The translations under genes were made by a program, and so were the position numbers. A model generated the notes under the pieces. It was given only the letters and a program-made list of their open reading frames with translations, was not told the origin of the DNA and did no database searches. 64,000 nt of DNA from Raillietiella orientalis (taxonomy: Eukaryota): NCBI GenBank assembly GCA_036172245.1, contig JAYWIR010000036.1:1178001-1242000 (forward strand), read 5' to 3'. Shown one piece after another: positions 50,250 to 61,393 of the stretch; positions within the stretch are counted from its first letter, which is position 1, and every line of letters starts with the position of its first letter.

Positions 50250-51120
50250 GCAGTGCCAAGGAAAAAGTCAGGTGATGCTGGAAGAGGAGCGGAGAGCTCC
50301 CGAGATCGGCTTTCCCAGAGCTTTTAGTCCAGAAAGAACGGGCGAAAGCTGAAAGCTCGCCTGGCTCCGCGAGGAGTCTGCCTTCCGGATGAGAACACTG
50401 GGATTACTGTCAGGGAACCAGAAACGCAAGGTGAGGTTGGCACGCAACCTCTGAGACTCCCGTTCTGGTGAAAAGGGGAAGTTCTGCTTGCTGTTTCTGC
50501 AGTGGGGATCGCTATGGCAACCGGCGGAGGCGCTTGCTTTCCCGCGGGGAAGTTGCTTCTTCGAACTGTTCCGGGTGCAGGGCGACAGCATCGTTCTCGC
50601 GTCTCCTGTTGGATACTGCAGAGCCTTCGAGGACACCTGGTGGAGACTCGCTGCGGCGCTTCTTCACGAGAGGCGAACTGGCAGCAGGCACGGCGATGGC
50701 AACGAGGTTCTGTGACCGTCGCGATGGTCCACTCTGTGATGGAATCTCGCTTGCAGCGAAGGGAGGCATCAACCGCTCGGCAGCCACCTCTATGAGGACG
50801 GCTGCAAGGTGGTCTCAACTGCAAGAAGAGGTCATCTATGAGATCGCCACCACGCACAGCCGTTTCCAGAAATAATGGAAAGAATAAAACCAAAGGCCCC
50901 GTCCCTGCCCTCCCGTCTTTTTTATTTATTTATTCATTGTCTCCCCTCTCCCTAATTTTTTAGAAGCCGGCCTGCGTGCCAGTGGTTATCCCCAATGAAC
51001 CGTTTTTTTTTCTTTTGGCATCTCTTGTATTCAGAGGACGCTGTTCCTCTCTGACTTGTGATTTATTTTTTTAAATAAAATCCTGGAGTCACTGGGTGGA
51101 AACCTCTCAGTCGCGGTTCT
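50250..51120 (+). mobile_element. 5'-truncated copy of the L1/Tx1-like family (ORF2 C-terminus, stop at 50875, 3' UTR)
   Basis: NCSGCRATASFSRLLLDT...LRRFFTRGELAAGTAMATRFC, then a T-rich UTR and AAAATCCTGGAGTCACTGGGTGGAAACC at ~51077-51104. Confidence 0.75.
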
Positions 51121-51644
51121 GCAAGAACCTCGAGTGGTACCGCGGCAGTGAAGAGGATTCTGGAAAGAAATGCTGCAGGCGATCAGCATATAAGAATGAG
51201 CAAACTGAATGAGGAGAAGGGAGTGGGCCACGGTCCAGTAAGCCTGCAGGCAAATGGTTAGTAATAGACTCTGTGGCTACTTTTTCGTCTAGAAAGAGGT
51301 CATGGCAGCAAGGACGCATGCACGGATGAAAGCTGTGCTTAGAGCGTATGGACGCAAGCTCTCTGCGGATGACTATCTCTACGTTGTGACCGTAGGTTAA
51401 TTCGGACTGGCCGGCAGCAAGGCTTCCAGGAAGTGCGAGGGACGCGGCAAACAAAAGACAGGAAGCACGCCGCTTTCCAATCCGCTGGTTGCGCTGCCTC
51501 TGTTGGACAACTTGTCGCCCTAGAAGACTATTTTGTTCCTCAACAGGAAAAGAAACCCAAGACAGGAAATTTCTCGGTAGCGTTGTAGAAAATGAAGGAA
51601 AAACCGGAAGAGAAAGCGGCAAACGGCAAACATAAAAGTTTTTT

Positions 51645-51920
51645 AACTTTAGGAAGATTGGTGAGGTTTGTTTGGGTAGGGCAACTTCGGTAAATTAGGT
51701 CAGGTCAGATCAAGTTGGTTTAGATGAGGTGTGGGATAAGTGAGCTTAGACATTTTAGGTTAGGTAGACTCGGTTAGGTAGGCGGATGTGGTTGAATCAG
51801 ATCAGGTAGTTTAGAGTGGTGTGGTGAAATATTTTTGTTTAGGTCTGTCTAGCTAAATTAGGCTATGTCACTTCAGGTCAGGTCAAGTGAGATGTAAAGG
51901 TTGGGTAATCAGGGTTGCGT
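51645..51920 (+). repeat. Degenerate TTAGG/TCAGG-like low-complexity tract
   Basis: TTAGGTCAGGTCAG, TTAGGTTAGGTAG and GGTTAGGTAGG; same strand bias as 14578-14815. Confidence 0.7.
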
Positions 51921-54900
51921 TGGTCGGTGAAGATGGGATTTGTTCAGGTAGTTGCGTCGCAGGTGGAGCACTGACTTCGGTTGTGCGGCTTGTTTTCGAC
52001 ACGTGAACGGCTGATTCGGTGGTTTTGTGGCAGAGAGAAGCGCAAGAAATAGGTGCGTGGATCCCACGCGACATCAAGGCATGGCAAGTGGGGCTTCCGT
52101 GACGTGAGGAGGGTTTTGCCGCGATCACTTGTGCAGCCGCGCTTGCGCAGACCCTTTGGTGCCGGCTGTCGGTGTCGATGCTCCGGGGTGTAACCTCTGC
52201 TGGCCGGAATGCAAAATCAGATTTGCCAACGGGAGAGCGCAGGCGATCTGCACGTGCTGGCACGTGTGCAAGGGAACCAGGAGGAAAGGCGGCTCTGGCA
52301 GCACTGCTGGAGATGGGGGTGGGGGGTTGGCCATCCTGCGCGAACGGGCTCGCACCTCTTCGGCGGAAACTGAGCGAGCTGTTGATTCCGTGCGGACCCG
52401 GCAGGGGGATTTCCGATGCAGGCGCGGCCTAGGACGGGAAACAGGGAAGATCGAGGAGCTGCCTTCACGCCAAGCGGGAGAACTGAATTTCTTCCTCTGA
52501 TTCCGGGTCCGTGAATCGATTTCTATTTTGCGAGGGACATTGCGTGCCCTACGAGATATCCGCCCGAGGCTGGCAACCGTGCGAATTCGGATCAAAGGAC
52601 GCCAAGCATGCATTATTCGAATGACTCAAATCACGCCATTCGAGAGGAAGAAATAGATGGGATTGATATGGGATGCACGCCATGGCCACTGGCGAAAGCT
52701 GAAGAGCATAAAGAGATAAATGAAAAAAAAAAAAAAAAGGAAAGGACGGGCAAAAATGGGCATCTGCTGGAAGGATGGGTGCAACTGAGGAAAAACTGAG
52801 GGAGGCAAAGAGAAAAGTATGCAATAAAGGAGGAGCTTGTAAATGAAAGAACAGAGTCCCAGGAGCGGAAACGCTCGAGACATCCGGGCTGGAGCGACTC
52901 CGGGAGCGAACTGCCTCAACAATGGCAGGATGCAAGAATGGATGGAAAACGGAAGTGCCCGAAAGCGGAAGCGCCCTCCGCTAACGAAAAAGGTTCACTG
53001 GCGTCCTTGAAATGAAAGGGCACAGGATGGTGGAGAGGAGGTGATACGTGGAGCCCATAGATCCCAGCAGAATTCAAAGGGCACACCGCTGAGGAGCAGC
53101 TCTGTGGCTGACGGGCTCGCATCTCAGGGAGTCTCCGTTGCAGAAGTGGGAGGACACTTGCTTCACCGAAGGTGTTATCAAACCTACGCCCTCGACGAAG
53201 AAGGGTCCATGCATCCCTCGATGCTGGAGAACATCAACCTACGAAGGAGCAACGTGCTATTCCCATTAGATCCCAGAGGATTTAAGGGGCACAAGGGATT
53301 GCGCTGATACCACACATAGCGGAAAGTTCTTCTCCGGTATCTGGCAAACCTCTCGGAATCCATGGAGGTAACTGTTTTGGACGAAAGGAGCTGTGCGCTC
53401 CCGCAAGAAGGGACAGAAGGTGCACGCACACCTTTTGCTCTTGAGGATTCCAGGTTTTTGTTCACGAGGTAAAGGACGTGACGGTTCCACTTCGCTTTGC
53501 CTAGAGACGACTGTACAGAATATTAGGAACCCCAGTAGGGATGCCTCATCTCGTCCGTCGAGCTCTTTTCCAGCTTCTTGTCTGTGCGTTCCCTCTCTCC
53601 ATCTTGACCAGCTGACTTGACCTTTTCGGTCCGGTTCGGAGAACCATCAGGGGCAGCTGCAGGTCTCTAAAGATGCTGGACTCGTGATGGAACAGAATCC
53701 TCGCGTCCCTCCTTTATTTCTTATAGCCGTGTCCTCCCAGTGCATAAGATCGCCTCGATTCTGCAGCTCGAAGCTCACACCAGTGGCCTTTTCCACATTA
53801 CCGCAGTTGCGTCTTTTCAAAAAGCAAAATGCGAACCAAGAGCAGGCAAACTGAAACGCATCGGAAAGGCAGTAGCTGTAATCAAAGAGCCCGGCGTTTG
53901 TTTGTTTTTCCTTTCCTATGTTTTCTACCCCTTTGTATTCTGGTATACGGGATGTGATCCTTCGCAGAAGTGAAACTCAAAGTCTCCTTCTGTTCTTAAA
54001 GACCACTCCAATAATATGTGCTTTGTTCTCCATATGATCCGCTTATCCCACAGAAAGGGTTCTACAGAGTCGTTCTCTTGCTTCCTCGGCTGAATCCATC
54101 GAACTAGGGACGATGTCTGGGGACGGCACAGCAGTGACCACAAGAGAACAGGTATCTCATTCCTGCGTGACCCGACATGCTGAGGAAAAGGAGCGACAAA
54201 TGTCTTCAAGATTTGCCTCGGTCTTCAAAGAGCGTCAACACACTGGAAGCATCCGCGTACAATCCCATTCTCTAAATCGGTTTCATCATCGCAGATAGTT
54301 TCCGGCAGTGGGCTAATGTTGAGTGGCGGCAGGGCCCGCCGCCTCTGAGCGAATGGTCTCTCCAGAAGACTTGCGAAACGCCCGCCGCCAACCAGGTGAC
54401 CTTCACCCAGCAGATAAGATCCTCTCTGCATGGTGAAGTTCTGCCACGAAATTCCATCCCACAAGTGAAACTCGATGACTCCGGAAGATTCTCGCAGGAA
54501 GCACGCATGGAAGTCTTGCACGGGGGCTTTGCGTAGAGCTCTGCGAGAAACCAGTCTTCGAAAGCGTCGTCAAGGACACACACACAGTTGCATGCCTGTC
54601 TCTCAAGAGGAATCGCAAGCCATCAGGAGCATTCATATTCGCCAGGGGAGCGATGCAGAGTTCATTTCCCCCCCCTCCCCTTTCCTCCTCCACTCACCAT
54701 CTCATTGGAATTATTTTTGAAAAGGACGAAACAGCTGTTTGGAGGAGGCTCCATTCCATCATGAGCAGACGATCTCGTGTGGATGTCAACAGGCAGAGGA
54801 TGTCCTCGAAAGCACCTGCATTCCCTCTGCCATCCAAGGCAAAAAGCTGGACTCAAATCAACTCCTGCAGAGGGTCGTCATTACACCTTGGGACCGCCAA

Positions 54901-56060
54901 ACCGAGAAAAATGAGGAAGCCCACCTTCAAAGTCGGCGGAAGTGGCGTCCCGAATCCGGACTCCAGAGACTCCCGTTGGTGCCTGAGCAAACCATTTTGC
55001 TTCTTTTGGTCTTATTTTTGGGGTAAATGTCGGAAGAATGTCCGCCGCGGCTTCTCATCTCAGAGACTTGTTGGTTCGTCCCGGACTTCAACCGAGGATG
55101 CGTCCGGGCTCGGTGAACGTCCCGGCTCCGTGGAATGTTGGAATGTTGGCGCAGACCATCCTCTTCCTCGTGCTTTTGGAGGAGGAGAGTCGGGTTCTCC
55201 GGCACTTCGTGCTTCTGGTCCCCTGCCAGCGACGCACAGGAGAAGCGGTTCCCTCCACTTGGGTCTGCTTTCGTCGCCAGTGCCGCCTCGCCGTCGCCGC
55301 CGACTTTTCGCCCGTCTGGACATCGGGTAGGACGACACGCCGTTCCGGGGGTGCGGTCGGATTTCGAGGCCGTCTCCGAGGGTGTGCTTGCGCGAGGGGA
55401 CGGCAGTTCTCAGCGTCCACGCCTGGTGAGGTCGGCCGGATGATCACGTTTCTTAACGAGGGAATTGGAATCTCGGGCGCGGCTACGTCGGATGTCGGCA
55501 GGTCGATAGCCCGAAGCACTGTGAGTCGAGGCCGTTTCTTGCGAACGGCGTTCGCACGGGCAGGGAGTTGCACGAGACGGCAATCGGAGGGTCGTGGGTG
55601 ACGGCCGGCGTGCTAGGGGTGGCTGGACGCACGGTGCCGTCCAGCACTGACCGCCGCGGCCTTTCTCCTGACCTAGGTGCCATTCCTCCTTGCGTGGGGT
55701 GTGGGCATTCGCTGACCTTGCGCTTCGTTTGCTGTGCCCAAGGGGAAGTCGTTGATTGTTATTGTCGGCTGGCCATCTTCACATCTCCAGCGCACTTGTA
55801 TTCGCCCTTAGGGGTCCGCTGAGGACGTCATTGCTGGGCTTTTCGGACGCGCGCTTTGAGATCTGCTTCTGGGAGTGACGGGGTCTTTTTTCTCTACCTT
55901 TCTTTGAAATGGTTTCATGGAGACGCGAGGCGGCGACGTAAGCGGCTTCAGGCAGCCATCCGAAGCGGATTTTATGGCACCATTGGATCCCTTACTACGC
56001 TTGCTCAGAGCCCGAGGGTGGCTTCCGTTCGCTGTTATGAGGTCATCTCAGCGCCGCCGG

Positions 56061-56200
56061 TTTCCTTGGCACTGCAGCCTATCAAAACAAAAGATTACCG
56101 GAAAGTGGTCACAACAGATTCCTCAACAACCAGACGAAGATCACAGGCAGGTGCGAGAAGCTGGCGACTCAAGTCAAGAAGGCCACTTAAAGTACCAGGA
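56061..56200 (+). repeat. 140-bp inverted repeat (partner 57842-57981)
   Basis: Reverse-complement match with 6 substitutions and no indels. Confidence 0.95.
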
Positions 56201-56889
56201 GTTGGTAGCCGCGAGCTGCACCATCCCGGGAACGAACTCAAGGATTAGTGCTCAGTTAGAAGGCAAGGCAGCCATGTGAGGCTCCGCTCTGCTTCGCGAA
56301 TGCTTTGGAAAGGCAACACGGGAGAGAAAATCACTGAAGAATGTGTCCGCGCGTGGTCCATGAATGAGCGTTCGTCATCGTAAAGGGTGGTTCTTCTACG
56401 ATGCCCAGGATCCTGGGATCCCAGAAACATGAAGTGAAAAACGTTGAAAATTCCCAAGAAGCGCACGCGGAGTGCATCAGGAAAATAAATGGCGCCCTCA
56501 AACGCAGGGTGTTTCCTGGATCGCCTATTGGACATGGTAGGATCTCAGCCCGCAATCTTCAGCCAAGCCTCGCAAAATCGACAAAGCGGCTGAAGAGAAG
56601 CGATAAGAAGGGAAGAAGATGGCGAAAATTTTGCCCTTCGCTTGTTGTGTGCCCTTTTTTTCACATTGCCGCATGTAGGAAAACTGAATGCGCTTCCGTT
56701 GCTGTGGCTGCTTCCCAGTGTGATGGGAAGTCGGATTGGAGGAAATGGTTTGGGATGGGAGCCGTGGTCGACATGTGGATCACGAGCGGGAGGGGAGAAG
56801 ATGAAGCAAGCGGGGGTGCCTGGGCGTACCACAGAGACGACCCATCTGCCATGGCGCTGGCTCGCTTGGTAATCAGGAAACGTTCCCCT

Positions 56890-57530
56890 AGGGGCTGACG
56901 AAGCTCTTTAAAAACCGTCCACGCCAGCCGAGGGTGAGCGTTAACGCTTCAGGCTGGAAGGTGATCCTATGAATCCTGGAAGACTCCGAAAGAGGGAGTC
57001 CGTTCCGCTTTCACTCTTGGTAGGGAGATCCTAAGGGAACCTCTTGCTTGTTTTCTCCAGGGGTATCTCCCAGAGGAGGCCACCCCTTATTCCTTTTCCG
57101 AAGGGAACCCGGAAAGAGTCCGCTCCTAGTTTCCTTTTCTGAAGAGAACCCCGAAGGGACGCTTCCCAATTTCTCTGAAGGGCTCTCCCCGAAGGGAGCA
57201 GCGCGCTTCTTACACTTTGGAGGGGCAACTCTCGAGGGAGGTATCAGTTATTAACGGCTACATTTTCCCAACCGGAGGGAAACCCCGAAGGACTCCTTGA
57301 TTCCTGGAAGGAACAGGGAGGGTCGCGTTCCAATCCCCGCCACTCAGCGGGAGCATCAGGATTCCATCGGAGCCGCACCTAAAGCCTGCCGATCAGCCAG
57401 CGTCATCTTTCAGGGGACTTGAAACCCACGACGCATCCCCCATTCTTAGGGTCGATCCTTCCCCGGGTGGAATTCGAACCCGCAACGTCTGGCACCACGC
57501 ATGGAGACCACAGCCACGTGTCCGCTGACA
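56890..57530 (-). mobile_element. tRNA-derived SINE, copy F (near full length)
   Basis: Reverse complement starts GTCAGCGGACACGTGGCTGTGGTC...GGGTTCGAATTCCACCCGGGG and continues through the whole shared body. Confidence 0.85.
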
Positions 57531-57769
57531 TGGGCAAGTCGAGGCACTTTTGAGTTCCGAGTCCCTAGGGATGAAAGAGTTGGTAATGACCAAGCCCCTC
57601 GGGTTCATCTTCGGAGGGGAGAGAGCTAGGAAGTGGGGATGTAATCGAAAATGGCGAAGATTCGCCCTGATGGGTAGCTGGTGGGGACGATTTCAGAGGC
57701 GAGACTGGAGGCAGGGAAGTGCACATCCCTGCCTCTAGCCTCGCTACTGAATCTTCCTGGACCACCAGA

Positions 57770-57833
57770 GAACCGGAAGCTGCTGGAGTGAGAGGGACAG
57801 GCAGAGTGCATGCGGGCAGAGAAACGGAAGAGT
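57770..57833 (-). repeat. 64-bp exact inverted repeat (partner 61330-61393)
   Basis: Reverse complement is ACTCTTCCGTTTCTCTGCCCGCATGC...CAGCTTCCGGTTC, identical to 61330-61393. Confidence 0.95.
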
Positions 57834-57841
57834 ACTGGTAT

Positions 57842-57981
57842 TCCTGGAACTTTAAGTGGCCTTCTTGACTTGGATCGCCAGCTTGTCGCACCTGCCTGTG
57901 ATCTTCGTCTGGTTGTTGAGGAATCTGTTGTGACCACTTTCCGGTAATCTTTTGTTTTGATAGGCTGCAGTGTCGAGGAAA
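57842..57981 (-). repeat. 140-bp inverted repeat (partner 56061-56200)
   Basis: Reverse complement of 56061-56200. Confidence 0.95.
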
Positions 57982-57997
57982 TGCTAAACTGAGTAGA

Positions 57998-58063
57998 GAA
58001 GATGCTCATTGATGGAGTGCTCGACTTTTCCAGAAGCCGAGCACTCCATCAACGAGTGTCTTC
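57998..58063. repeat. Long hairpin (26-nt arms)
   Basis: Arms at 57998-58023 and 58038-58063; 15 contiguous perfect pairs (TTGATGGAGTGCTCG/CGAGCACTCCATCAA), extended by G-T pairs and one mismatch. Confidence 0.9.
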
Positions 58064-59139
58064 AATCAGTGTCAGTGGTGGTGACTTCATCAGGTGCGCA
58101 GGAAATGAGCTGTGTGCCGGAGTGGAGTGAATCACAGTGGGCACGAGAGGATGGTGATGAAGGTGATAATCTCAAATATTTCAAATGAAAACGACAATCA
58201 AAATTATCTTTTTCATTTATCTCCACATGAAGCTTACGTAGACATTTAACTCAATTCTATTAGGAACAGTTTTCAACCCTTTGGGTGCGGAGCTCATCAG
58301 GTGGAAACGTTCTGTGTGTTGACGGCACGCGATCCACAGGAATCGCAGCTGCGATCCCTGTGCACGGAATGCTCTTTCGCGTACCGCGTGCTCCATCGAA
58401 GTACCGATAAAGTGCTGATTAAAGTTACTATTGAATCAGGACTTCTGTCACAGAACTGTTTACTCACACCACAATAAATAAAACATCTTCATTCTTCCCA
58501 AACATATATATTATAATTACAAAACATTGTAACTGTAATTGCAATAAAATCAATGATTCATTCACGTTTTTAAGATATCACAAAAATCAAAAACATTATA
58601 GTAAATTATGCACGGCACCGAGAAAGACCGGGAATGGTTAGCCGATATACATAGAATTTTGCTCACTGTCGCTGCTAAGGGAAGGATAAGAACGTGGGTG
58701 TGTGTGTTCATCCCAAACATGGATAGTGTTAACGAGTATAAGGTCAAAACATTTGCCAGACGCGTAGATGTGCCTATAGCACTCAAAGGGTTAATATACA
58801 CTGTGTTGGGAGTATGCTAGTCATAATACAACTAAATATTAATATGACACCAAGAATGATTGATGATCTTTATAATAACACATCCGAGAGAGAGTTGGGG
58901 CGTCCTTTAATTCATGGATGCCATAAGAGCTGAAATATTAATGAATACGTGGAATATTGTAACCTCTATATGGTTATTAATATACAGAGTGAGTCGAACG
59001 GGGTGGGGAAGGAATTTATCTTGAACATCCTGTGTTTTGGATAATGGATGGCATCAGGGGACTTCAATAGAAGATTTCATGATGAAGAGGAGAATTATGA
59101 TCCAGCCGAGGCTCTTGAATAGGGATGGGAGAAGGAATG

Positions 59140-59430
59140 AGCCCGTGGGCAATGGAACCGGTTTGGGACTCACTGACCGACCAGCCATCGTCAGCCTCTT
59201 GGCAAAAATCCACCTGCAAATCATCCGTTATTCCAATGAATTCATCAGTACGAATCGAACCGAGTCGAATGGGAGCGAATCTGCGGCTGATCCCTTAGGT
59301 CTCCGAGCATCCTGAATAGGATTCCTCGCTTGGCTAGGGAGATGGATTGTTGGTTCAGACATCCGGGAGCGGCATCAATTTTGATTCCTGGGAGAGGCAC
59401 GGCTCGTGAAGAGAAGAAGGTCTGATGATG
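59140..59430 (-). mobile_element. DIRS-like tyrosine recombinase C-terminal remnant
   Basis: QSISL...IRSHSTR (H-x-x-R box), followed in another frame by DFCQEADDGWSVSES (cf. DICKAAGWSSEST). Confidence 0.45.
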
Positions 59431-61329
59431 CAACCATTACACGGATTATGGTATCTTATAGTATTAATAGGTGCCTCGCTGCACATAGTAGGTGTGGGTC
59501 CGAACTGTTGGGGATTACGGGATCAGTCGGCTTTGATGTTTTTAAAACCTGAGATTTCGTATGACCGAAGTCATTGCTCGGAGATGGATTTAACGGAGGC
59601 AGAAGGGAGGGAGATTTCTGTCAAGGAAGCAGGGAGCGTGGAACCACGGATCGATGACTGATGGGAGGGTGAATGAAGGATGCCTATATGAGTTCTGTAG
59701 GATGACTGAAGACTCAGAAGGATTCGTAGGAGATCCGATTTCGTGGGTCCATCCCCCTGAGTACAAAGAAGTGGACCTGTCGCAGTGCCTTCCCTCTCTA
59801 ATGCATGTTTGGAACAGAGCAGTTTTCCTGGTGGATTGGGGATGCCAGCATTGCTTTTCTTTACAGCCGATGAGTTGCGAGGGTCTGCGTCCGATGGTTG
59901 CCTCGCAATATGCCTCCAAATTCCGGTTTTAATCCCTTCCACCGCTGCTGCGGGAATTTCTCCCTCTGCTGCTTCCATCTAACCGCTAAAAAGGTGGACG
60001 ATGCAATGGGCTCCCTGGACACTTCCTGCATCGAGAATTTCCGCCTCCTCTTTGAAATTTGCAGATAATGGAAAAGAGCAGAAGTGAGTTTCGTTCTTGC
60101 GTTTTTTTGTTTTAGTTTTGCGACCCTTCAAGACCCTTCCCGTCTGAAAATTTCACTGCTGGATCCCATCCACGTGTCTCGCCCTTCCTGCTCAGTTGGA
60201 TCGTTGTCTTGCCTTTTATCTGTTCTTTTCAATCCAACGATTGGTCTGCGTGCCCTTCTTACGCCAGCCTCTGCAAGAGCGTCCAGGGGATCAGTCCACC
60301 CTAATGCAGAGAGAAAGTCCTCTCTTGGAGGCAGATGGCAGAACATCGAAAGCATTCTTTTCGAAGGCTCAGAGAGCGCAACTCAGCCCCAATCTACTGG
60401 GATGACGGAAAAAATTGACAAGGAAGTAGTGAATCAACTTCAGATCCAGGGATGCTGGCGTCACACTCTCCTGAAAAGACATTCAGTTGATTCCTCCGAA
60501 TCTTGCTCTTGGAATCGAGCACAATGAAATTCAGGGAGAGCAAGTACCTCTCTCACTGCACGTTCCCAGCTTTCGTTAGCAAGTCCAAGACCAAGCGTGC
60601 ATCACGATTGGCCTGAGACAAGCACGCGGGTTTTTCTACGACCTCCACACCTCAGAGCAGCCACTACCTTTTCCTAGAGGATCCATTCGATCTACCAAAG
60701 TGATGAGCGTGAATCTTCTAAAAATGATCTTGTAGGGAACGCTCGTTGACTTAGAACTGAATCTCGAATCGACTTGCCATTTTTGAGACCTACACATCAG
60801 CAGCCAGCATTGGAAAGTGGCGACTTCCCAGTCGTTGCTTCCTTCAACGTCTAGCAACAGTACAGCAGGGGGTTATTAAAGATGGTTCTTGATTTTTCCC
60901 TTTCCTCCACATCACCAGCCAAATCAGTCAAGATCTCTTCTTAGCTTCAGTAATCCCGTGGTATTCCTTGTTACGGCAGTCTATGGCGAAGGACACAAAC
61001 ACCCTTTCACTCGCACCCACCAGACTCTGCAGTAACCTGCATCTCTCACTCGGATAACCTTTCTCCCGTGAAAGAAAAAAAAAGGATGAAGCAGTCTTCC
61101 TTCTTATTAGCAATTACGCTCTCCATTAAGTGGAGGTTGAGTGCATCCTGTTTGAGTTTTGAAAAAACACCGCCGGACGATAGAAAAAGCACGAAATCCA
61201 AATCTTTCTGACTCTTGGATTCGGTCTCATCTTAGGCTCTTTCAGCATGAACCCACGTGGATGCCGAAGGAGTCCGACCGCATTTTCAGTGCGGTGGCTC
61301 TGCGTTCCACCATGTGGAAGCGTCGCGCG

Positions 61330-61393
61330 ACTCTTCCGTTTCTCTGCCCGCATGCACTCTGCCTGTCCCTCTCACTCCAGCAGCTTCCGGTTC
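61330..61393 (+). repeat. 64-bp exact inverted repeat (partner 57770-57833)
   Basis: Exact reverse-complement match. Confidence 0.95.

Noticed and set aside
58255..58310. Hammerhead ribozyme-like CTGATGAG...GAAA on the minus strand
   Set aside because: Stem II pairs poorly and stem I cannot form; no convincing Penelope RT or GIY-YIG nearby.
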